This document shows positions 1 through 9,365 of a stretch of DNA of 64,000 nucleotides, in pieces. A program made the position numbers and the translations under genes. The stretch comes from Lingula anatina (Eukaryota; Animalia; Brachiopoda). The first letter of the stretch is position 1. Each line of letters opens with the position of its first letter. Location: positions 17,054,848 through 17,118,847 of the forward strand of contig CM120643.1 of the NCBI GenBank assembly GCA_051362555.1, in the 5' to 3' direction. The notes beneath the pieces were generated by a model, which did no database searches, was not told the DNA's origin, and was given only the letters and a program-made list of their open reading frames with translations.

Positions 1-756
1 TGGTTCAATCCACCCAAGCCAAGACAGTATAAACAGTAAAGTACTTACACATGCTACCACATAAACCTACACAAAAGCATAGTAAAATACCCCTGCAATA
101 TGTGTTCTCAGTACAAATACGCTATACCTAGGACTGAAATATTACGCAGTACTCGCATAAAATATAGGGTAAGCTCCTATTTGCTATGTGGAATCTTATA
201 AATAATGCAGGGACTACAGTATTACATTACTGTAAAACTTGGGACAGACTTTGCATACAACTTAATAAACAAACAACAAGATATATGAAGAATTTTGCCT
301 TCCTTAAAAAATTCTTATATATATTGAATTATAGAGACCATGTATTGTTCATCATGTAAAACATACTCAAAATAGCAATTGGGCTCACTTCCAGAAAATA
401 TTTGGTTTTGCAAAATAAACTATTCACTTCAATTCTATGACAAATTGGTGAAGCAGAAAATGAATACTGACATTTTCTTCCCTCTTATGGAATTCCTTAA
501 CTTTAATCATTCAAATAAAATGTAGATTCTAGCACAAGTCTAGGTACATGTACTAATCCCTAATTATGGCCCATTCTCATAGACACCCATGGGCCTACGT
601 GCCTCCTCTTGGCGTTGGTTTTTATGTATATAAATGTTGGAAACAAGAGGAGGTGTGTCATTTAGTTAAACTGATTGTACTCAGCAAGAGTCTCTACAGA
701 GTTGGGTCAATCTATGTAGACTGACCGTGTCTATTGGACTGGGGTCTAAGGGCGTA

Positions 757-955
757 TTCCCAGACATTTAGATCGATCTATCCCCGTGGGGAGTCTCACT
801 AGATTACTGTCAGATAATCTGGCTTAAATGTCCATCCCGCCTACTACAAGCTGTAAGGGGGTAATTAACTTTCGTGTCTGCTCGGCTGACAGCTATTTAG
901 CGTGAACCCCCAGTTAGGTCAATCTAGTTTGGATCGATCTGATCTCTGGGAATGG
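757..955. mobile_element. Short MITE-like element with imperfect terminal inverted repeats
   Basis: TTCCCAGACATTTAGATCGATCTA at ~757 pairs with TGGATCGATCTGATCTCTGGGAA at ~930-953; no ORF. Confidence 0.5.
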
Positions 956-1189
956 GGTCTAAGTGATGGGCTTATATGCTTGTGTTAACTCCTTGCTCAT
1001 AAGGGGTAGGTGCTTCCTATAGCTGTGAGTATTAACCCCTTTGTCTTCCGTCTTATAACTTTGCGTGGGTTACATTGTGTCCAATACGAAAGCACCTATT
1101 CATCAGGAAGGGGGCAGATGGTAATCTTACGAGGATTAAAACAGTTGTTGGGCTTATGGTTATGCATGGTTGTCTGTCTGGAGACTTAC

Positions 1190-1323
1190 CAACTGGACAG
1201 TAGCTGCAAGAATTAAGAAGTTGCCTGGACCAGAAAACCCAGTCGGTTTTGCCAATGTGTTTTACTGTCTTCTCTAACACATTTCCCAACTTCTCCAACT
1301 GCAATCTGTTCAAGTTGTTGGTT
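1190..1323 (-). CDS. Possible internal exon of an unidentified minus-strand gene running off the left edge
   Basis: On the minus strand, acceptor TTCTTACAG at 1324-1326 and donor GTAAGT at 1184-1189 bracket an open frame (TNNLNRLQLEKLGNVLEKTVKHIGKTDWVFWSRQLLNSCSYCPV); no recognisable homology. Confidence 0.3.
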
Positions 1324-1721
1324 CTGTAAGAACAATTTGTAACTTATAAACGTATCCATACCACAAATTACAATGTTATTGTCATTAATATTAACCTTTT
1401 GAAAACAACAAATATTGCATGTCTTATATGGTGAAAAAATGATTACACAATACAGATCTTTCTAAACTGATAAATAACATGCAAGATGTCTATTAGAATG
1501 CAAATCATCAATTTTCCACTAAAAATGACTGTAAGCCAGAAGACTTCAAAGTCCACATTTATCCTAGCTTTTCAAATTCCACTTGTTATCTTGTATTCTA
1601 ACACTATTTTGAATACATCCCCATTTTTCTAAGGAGTTACTCTTCAAAGTACAACAATCCCAGTTTCGAGATGTTAACATGTGAAGTCAACAAAGAAAAA
1701 GAATCAGTTCTAAGAAAGAGA

Positions 1722-2074
1722 CAGACATGCTGAAACTGTCGGTCCGATCGGTCATGACCGAAAAAATTTGTCTGGACCGGTAAAAATTTGGATTTGGTCG
1801 GTCCAAAGGACCGCCAAGAGTTTTAAGAGCCGCAATTTTGAATTTACAGAGATCATTCAACATACTTCACTAATAAAATTATATAAAACCCAAAGCGTTT
1901 TTCCCTTCCATTTAAAACCTATCACATTCACAAACAAAGTAAGCTCTCCTAATCGTATCTGTCTCAAACGAATAGGGTTATTTTTGGTCCGACAAAAATC
2001 CATTCGGTCCAACAAATTTTTCATTACTGCCGGTCCAAATGTCCGGCCATTCTGAAAAGTTTTCAGCATGTCTG
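1722..2074. mobile_element. Non-autonomous TIR element (hAT-like MITE) with 6-bp TSD
   Basis: TIR CAGACATGCTGAAA ... TTTCAGCATGTCTG; AAGAGA directly repeated on both sides (1716-1721, 2075-2080); internal GGTCC/GGACC subterminal motifs. Confidence 0.75.
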
Positions 2075-3531
2075 AAGAGAAAGCGTAAGGAATGTTATCC
2101 AAAAAACCTGTCTACATCATGTGCACACATAATGGGTGCCACAACTTTTTGGCAACACTGTTATCTTGTCCTGTATTTTAAACCACGGGTAAAAAAATAA
2201 CACTTCTCTCTTCTTTTCCCCGTTATTAAATTGAATCTCTATAGTATCCCTTGGCATCAATTATCTCTAACCACCTCCAGCAATGCTGAACAATAAAACA
2301 GCTTAATAAGATGAAGGAAGAGGAATGAAACCACAATACTAATATATAATAAAATCAACACTATTATCATTGCTGCAACATTCTTAAAGTCTGACTGAAG
2401 TAGCATATATACTTTGTTTTGACACTAGCTGATAAACTGGATATAATTTGTTTTCAGGCAAAGTGACCAGATCTACAGGAAACCTTAAAGCACCACAGAT
2501 ACTTAAAACATCGCTTATACAATCTGGTTGAATAAATACTAGCTCTTAAGACGCTGACATTCCCACATAAATTAATCAATGATGTGTATCCCCCCCCTTC
2601 CCTCCTTCAGTAAGTCTAATTTGCAAGTTTTTTTTCTCGAAATTCAGTTCTGCATTGACTTAAATCAATGTCTATGCAATTCAATTAAACAATTAATAGC
2701 CAATTTAATTGTTAATTTCTATGTTTCCTACTTTATAATCTCAAGAAAGGCCAAAGGCAATAGGGTCCTCGAGGAAGGTAAAACTTATGCACGTGTCGGC
2801 TGATTTCTGAAATAACCTCAGCTCTCAGACACAGATAAACATTATGACATAACGGAATTTGAAAAAAACATTGGCAATTAAAGAATTTTACAGTAGTAGA
2901 GGTGTATAAACTGCATAAAATTGCGAACTGATTTTGCTTTGCCATGGTTTGGTACAGGGTGAATGCATTGTGCTTGATCTACATGTACACTGCACAGGTT
3001 ATGTCACTTACTAATACTTTCCTCTAAACGTTGGTTCACTCATATGAAAATAAAGTATGTGTGCCTTTTAAGCACAAGAAAATCAAACTCACCGCTATTT
3101 GTCTGATTTGTGGACAGTTACTGTTAGCTGTGTATTGACCACATAATATAACTATACTCATCTAACTCCATCAAGATCACATGTCCCGCTCCCAACAACA
3201 AGTACGGATTAACACGCACCGAAACCACGACACCAATCTACCTTCGTAAAATGAAAGATATATTAATAATTCCAATAACTTTGAATACAATTACACCAAA
3301 TCTATGCACTTTTGTTCTATTTTTTTCCTAGATGCACAATTTGTACACAGCATTATTTATATAATCAGCATAACACAGTAGCTGCATACGCGCGTTTGTA
3401 TAATGGTGCGGTCTTTATTTCCGGCTAAAGCGCGCTGTGTGAGAACATGAAAAAAATTGGTGTAATTCTACCCCCAGTATAGTCTTTTGCAATTGTATTT
3501 TCTGTTCAGCTATCTGTTAGCTCTTTGCGCC

Positions 3532-4007
3532 ATGGGTATTTTGAAAATAAGTTCCCAATGCATCAGGGTAAGACGTTTAAATATACTTTTGGTTGAACGT
3601 ACATGTACGGTTTGGATGGAAAAATTCTGTCAAAGTTTCAGTAGAAAGAAGTGGGAACACTGGACAGACTAATGGGAAAGATATCATGCACTTTGTTTTC
3701 TACGTAAAAGCTAAATATTCAAGTTACTTATACATAAATATTTTGGCATTATACATGAATATTATACCTTCCGCATTTGTATTGTGAAGTGCCGGGAGGA
3801 TAAGTCGATATATAAACACCGTAAACACTGTCAGTGTCAGAGGAACATTGTTACTTAAACAGTTTATAAAAGGCTTTTTTTGTCACTTAAAGGTCTTCTC
3901 TAGTTCAAGAATGCTGTGTAATGTACCACATCATCCCTCCGTACAGAGCTTCACTTTGATGCGGATGATCCCCAGCTTTCACACACTGTCAAGGCATGGA
4001 GCAGGCG
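3532..4007 (+). CDS. Shared leader exons (3532-3567, 3893-4007) of TMEM70-like unit 1, encoding a probable mitochondrial presequence
   Basis: GCGCC-ATG at 3532; donor AGG|GTAAGA (phase 0); acceptor TTAAAG|GTC at 3893; donor GCG|GTAAGA after 4007 (phase 1). Peptide MGILKISSQCIRVFSSSRMLCNVPHHPSVQSFTLMRMIPSFHTLSRHGAG is rich in R/S/L and has no acidic residue. Confidence 0.7.
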
Positions 4008-4056
4008 GTAAGATATTGGAAGGTATACTAGTGTATAGTGACTGTCCAGGGTTGAC

Positions 4057-4142
4057 TGGGGCTTGGTAGCTCAGTGGGTAGGGCACTTACTAGGTAAGAA
4101 TCTGGGCACTCACCAAGTAAAGCATACTAAGTTCGATCCCCT
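4057..4142 (+). pseudogene. Degenerate tRNA-derived SINE head or tRNA pseudogene
   Basis: A-box-like GGTAGCTCAGTGGGTAGGGC and B-box-like GTTCGATCCC; no intact cloverleaf. Confidence 0.45.
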
Positions 4143-4444
4143 ATGAAGTCTGGTGTTTCCCCCCAAATCACTACAATGGTGGTAGCACAAAAATTCATGC
4201 ATTAGTACTCCTATTGACAGTTCTGATATGTACTAGCGGTGCTAGCACATAAAAGCAAAGGCCTCAAAAAGTGGGAAATGAGAACCAGTTGCCAAACCAG
4301 CCGCAGTGCGGCAGCTCTCAAATTTTTATTTTACATCTCCTCTCCTCAACACGCACATTACTGTGAAGCCAACTGGTTTTGCCATCAACAGAGCTGTCAC
4401 TTTGTTAATATCCAACAGTCCAACTGTCTAAGTACCAGTTTGAC

Positions 4445-4862
4445 CGTTGTAAAATCACACACCCGTTGTAAACAGACAAAAACCAGGTCAAATCTACTCA
4501 GATCATGAGGTGAGGTTTTCAAGCGCCAGAAACCTACTGCACATGAGTGGAATTTATTTAAAGACTGGGTCTTCTAGTTGATTTTCACTATGTATTTATG
4601 ACAATATAAACATTTATTTTGAATGAAAAACAGTTAAAATTACAATTCATTGACTTCAATTTCATCAATTCAGTTAATTGGGGCAGAAACGTAAAGAGCG
4701 TGTGACTTGCCTAGCCTTCCTCGTTCCAGCCGAGTCCAGACAGCATGTGGACCACAACTTTCGGTCGTGTGCAATATGTTACTGTATCTTGACTTCAGTA
4801 GATTTGACCTGGTTTTCGCAAGTTTATAGCATGTGTATGATTTTATATATAATTTGAACGTT
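4445..4862. mobile_element. MITE-like inverted-repeat element
   Basis: AAAACCAGGTCAAATCTACT (~4479-4498) is the reverse complement of AGTAGATTTGACCTGGTTTT (~4797-4816); weaker pairing extends outward. Confidence 0.5.
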
Positions 4863-5234
4863 CCTTGTGTGAAAGCAACTAAATTAAAAACTAGGCTTTT
4901 CTATATCTGTATTCTATGCAGTAATAGCACAACAAATGCTAAGCCTATATAGAAATATAGTTTTGTGGTTATAAGATAATGTGTCTGAAAGATTGATAAT
5001 TTTTACCCATTGAAAAGATGAATTAATTACTGTACTTATCTTTCCTATTTCAAACCTAAAAGAGAATTAAAACCTCAACTTAAAGTATCCATCTTTCTTA
5101 ATTTCTGAAATTAACATGAAGCCGTGGCAGTCTGAACAACTTTTGGTAATAGAGGACAAGTGGATTTGGTAGAAAATCCCAGATAGGATACCTTTGAACA
5201 CGGTGTGGCTAATGCACATCATAATAGAACTGTC

Positions 5235-5253
5235 TATTATTATTATTATTACC

Positions 5254-5288
<35 letters not shown>
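5235..5288. repeat. (ATT)n microsatellite just upstream of a splice acceptor
   Basis: Interrupted ATT run ending just before TTTCCGCAG|. Confidence 0.9.
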
Positions 5289-5295
5289 TCCGCAG

Positions 5296-6014
5296 GTAAA
5301 GCACAACAGTTTGGACAATGTACAAAAACAGGGGTTATGGTACCACAAGCTAACGGTCCTGATTATCCTTCACAAGTGATCAGGCAGATATCTAGTCTAA
5401 GAAATAATGGCCTTCTGAAAGTTCCATCTGTATTAACAAAAGAGAATGGGCTGGAAAGCAAAATCAAGTTACCAAGGTGCTGTGGGCATTTGCGACAGGT
5501 GTCCTCATCCCAGAATAACCAGCAGCCAAAAGGTGTGTCTGTGCTAGGCAAGAAGAACATAACAATCAGAATGGCTGTCATGTTTGGGGTGATGCCTGTA
5601 TTGTTTAGCAGCTTAGTTTTGTGGACATTTTTAGAAACAGAAACTACAAGCACGCAGAATGTCTTCTCTGTTATATATTTGATAACTGTACCTATAGTTC
5701 TTTTGTCTGTGAGAAGAAATCTCCAAACTTATATCAGAGAGTTATACTTTGATCGAAGTTCTAAGAAGTTTACTGCTGTCACATTTTCCAAAGGAAAAAA
5801 GCAATATGTATCTTTCTCCTCAGAGGAAGTTAAGATTTTAAAGAAACGTTCGATTAATTCAGCTGCATTCTTTGAACCAAATATGGAAATTAAAGGAAAA
5901 CCTTTTGTTTTGTTCTTTTGGGATATTTATAATGACGAAGCACGTAAAGAACTCTTCATGAAAAAAAGACCAGTAGACAGTACAGAAGGAGGATTAAAGA
6001 AGCTGACTGAGTAA
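5296..6014 (+). CDS. TMEM70-like cassette A (terminal exon; 289 aa with leader)
   Basis: Acceptor TTTCCGCAG|, phase 1; two hydrophobic helices, then YIRELYFDRSSKKFTAVTFS...FSSEEV resembling TMEM70 YVIRLYHEATTDTYKAITY...FHQNDV; AATAAA overlapping and after the stop. Confidence 0.75.
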
Positions 6015-6176
6015 TAAATAGGACAGCATCTCTTTGTATATTAAGTTGTAATAAAATATGATCATGACCTAAATAAATGTATCAGTTATAATACTTGTGG
6101 TCATCATTAAATATTATTCTTTGGGGCAATTTACAATTGTATTATCTAAATTGCCACAAACACAACAGCAGACTTG

Positions 6177-6465
6177 GGCCCCCATTCAGAATGGATGATC
6201 CTAGTATTTCTTATTAGCTGACTAAAAATGGCCGACCACAGTTCAAAAGCAATGCCTCTGATTCCTGATGGTCTCCCCGGCTCCACACATGCCTTTAAAC
6301 GGATTAAATCTCTGCTCCGAGGGTTAATTGCTAGGCCCATGCAGTGATGCTGCATGTGGAGGCGAGGAGATCATCAGGAATCGGAAGTATTACTTTTGAA
6401 CTGTGGTTGGCCATATTTAGTCAGCGGATCAGTAAATACTGGGATCATCCATTCTGAATGGTGCC
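6177..6465. mobile_element. Fold-back MITE, PIF/Harbinger-like termini
   Basis: ~115-bp inverted arms: CCATTCAGAATGGATGATCCTAGTATTT...CCACAGTTCAAAAG versus CTTTTGAACTGTGG...AAATACTGGGATCATCCATTCTGAATGG; GGGCC-type terminus. Confidence 0.75.
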
Positions 6466-6882
6466 TAACAGGTCTGTGGATCAAATATGGCGACCCTCTC
6501 AAAAGCTTGCCACATTATGCCCTAATAGACACTGAATAGAGTCCCTGCCAGGATTAGGCGCCAAGCATTCTAGTGGGTTCCCCTGTTGTGAATGCAACCA
6601 ATGATTTACTAATTATACTGCAGATTGTTGGGGGTTGATCTCTTTTCAAACAACTCAGAACATAGAATAAAATCATTTTAGGTATGATGATAAGTTGAAA
6701 TATTCCTCAAATCTCTAGTCAGAAGTGAATAATTCATATGTCACTTCCATGAGCACCAACCAAAATTGTATCATCCTTTGAAATAGTCTTTTATTATTTT
6801 TTAAAGGGGAGATTGTTTGAATATTAGGGAATTGTGTGGATTATGATGCATCTCTTTGAAGTCATCCTTCTGTCTTTTTCAG

Positions 6883-7517
6883 GAGGCACATCAAGAATTC
6901 AACAAAAGTTGCCACTCAGAATTGCTCCTTACGTCTTGAACATTTTGTTCTTGCCCAGAAATCCTTTACATCTGCCAAAGAGGAAAAACTCCTCAGTTAA
7001 TAATAAAATGCAACAAACTTCTTCAAAAGGTGATCTCGTGTACAGAGGTGATCGACTTAATTTTGCCAAAAAGATCAAACTTTTATCAATAGGTTTGTCA
7101 GCTCTAGGAGTTTCAGCTCAGCTTTGGTTTCTGTACACTGCAGAGACTAGCGCACAGATGTACACCACTTTTATACTGGGAGGCATAGCGCTGCTAGTTC
7201 CCTGTCTTGTGCACATGTGTATACGACAGTATGTAAGAGAGTTATACTTTGATCCTAGAACTAAAGAGTTTACAGCTGTGACTCTGAGTATTTTAAATAA
7301 AAACCACTACTTGCATTTTACTCCGGCTGATGTCACCATAAAGAGAGCTCCAATGGCTACCATGCGCGTGGATACAGCTGATAGACTGTTGTACATTGAT
7401 TTTGAAAAAATGACGGATAAACAAGCACGGATTTGCTTGTTGAAGTTGGAAGCTTGGCAAGACTCATCAAGAGAGAAGGAAGAATGGGAGAAATGGAAGA
7501 AAAAGAGACTGCAGTAG
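6883..7517 (+). CDS. TMEM70-like cassette B (alternative terminal exon; 261 aa with leader)
   Basis: Acceptor CTGTCTTTTTCAG|, phase 1; LVYRG motif, two TM helices, YVRELYFDPRTKEFTAVTLS...FTPADV; AATAAA at ~7540. Confidence 0.8.
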
Positions 7518-9119
7518 AGAATGTTCTGAGTTATTATTGAATAAATTTGATACATACGCTGTCTTGAATAATATTATAATATATAAATATATTATCTGTG
7601 AAGAGTTACATGATGCATGGTCGGTGTATGTATATTTCATTTCTGGTCATTGGATCTCATTGGAAATACCGCAACCATTTTCTACACTTAACACTGGACA
7701 AAACCGCGTAGCTTCAGGAAAAAAAATAGCAACCTGGAAAATGATGACAAAGTGAGTAACTTAGCCAAATGCAAGTAAAAAAGGAGAGTTACAAACCAAA
7801 CACGAGCTGTAGCACGAGAGTCATTTGAAATGATGTAGTTTTAAAACCTCCCTTTGTGTGTGGGGTTTGATCTGCGGTTTTGTCCAAATTGTTACAGAGC
7901 CTTGGCGCTCAAGAGAAAATGCCATTTACCATGGGAAATTCATTAATTATGAATTTTGGAGCAAAAAAAAAAGTCTTGTGTACCATTGAATTCTATCGAT
8001 TTTTTTTTCACAAATGTGTGGGTGAGATCATAGTGAAGTTTGAAAATACTCAATGCCCTGTTTGTATCATTTAGTGCCTCTTTTCAATTCTTTTCCTTGT
8101 ACAATACTTCTGTAGTTCATTGGCAAGTAGGCTCTTATATAGAGAACTTCCGTACCTTCTGCATTTCTGGAAAAATATTTAGATGCTTCTAGGAAATTGC
8201 CTTAAAAAGAAACATCTTCGAATGTATGTCACCACCCCCAGCAAAATTGATCAATTATCTTACTGCTGTACATGTATTTCTTTCACATTTTTGATTGCCA
8301 CATTTTTGCCTATTTAATTAGCCATATATCACTTAAACCCAATATAGAGGTGCATTTCACGTGCTGAAGTGTTAAAAAATAAAACTGAATGAATTCAAAG
8401 ATGTATTCAATTTTTTTAAAACATGTATATACTGTAGAACAAAAATCCACAACTGCCTCAACTTTAATTTAATTTTTAATTGTTACCATGTCTTTACAGC
8501 ATGTAAGGAGCCTAAATTGTAATGTATGTTCTGGGTCATTTAATTTGAATTTTTATATCACGTACCAATATATTTTTATAGTAATTAATCATGTTAAATT
8601 AAACATGGTGCAAGAATGTTTTTATAAATATTTAAACTGTAACTCAGGGGCTTTGCATCATGGCTAATACAATGTAACGTATATTCCCCAGAAAAATTGT
8701 CAAAGATTCATCTTACCCAAGTACTTGGTGCAATAGAAACAGCTAGGGTTTTCCGTTGTTGACTTAAAATTTATATTGTGATTCCATGATAGTTTGCCAT
8801 TCCTGATACAATATTTGGATCAGGAATGGAAAACAGTAAATTATTTTACTGTCAGTAAAGTGTTTTTCCCCCGTTTTTAATATTCAGTGAAACTAAAGTC
8901 GCTCAAAAACAATTACCGGTATAACTGCTAGAAGATTAATTTAATTTTTACATTATACTTGTAGGAGATAAACAAAATACAACCCAGGGATAATTGAATT
9001 TTCAAAGTGAATAAAACGTTTCCAGATCTGAATGTTTTGCATTTGTGACAGTAACATATATATGTTCCTTTTTTTATGTGTTAGACGACATTTGCATATT
9101 TGCATGGTTACATGTCGAT

Positions 9120-9350
9120 ACATCCCTGTACCGATACTCCCTCGCACCGGTATATCCCCACACCAATACTTCCCCACAATTACAGAGGGGGAGTATCGGT
9201 GAGGGGATGTACCGGTGCAGGGATCTATGGGTGTGGGTTCGTATCGATGCGCATTATACAAAAAATTACTGAGGGGGAGTATCAGTGCGGGGGAGTATCG
9301 GTGTGGGGGAGTAATGGCCGGTGCGGGGGGAGTATCCACATATGACTCCG
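9120..9350. mobile_element. Short copy of the element family built from CCGATACTCCCCCGCA 16-mers
   Basis: 16-mers in inverted arrangement; 9220-9345 closely matches 61470-61575. Confidence 0.65.
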
Positions 9351-9365
9351 TTTGGGTATGCAGTT

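Noticed and set aside
4057-4142. Functional tRNA gene
   Set aside because: A and B boxes are present but the acceptor and anticodon stems do not pair
5205-5295. Poly-Tyr/poly-Ile N-terminus of the 269-aa ORF as a signal anchor
   Set aside because: It is the intronic ATT microsatellite upstream of the splice acceptor
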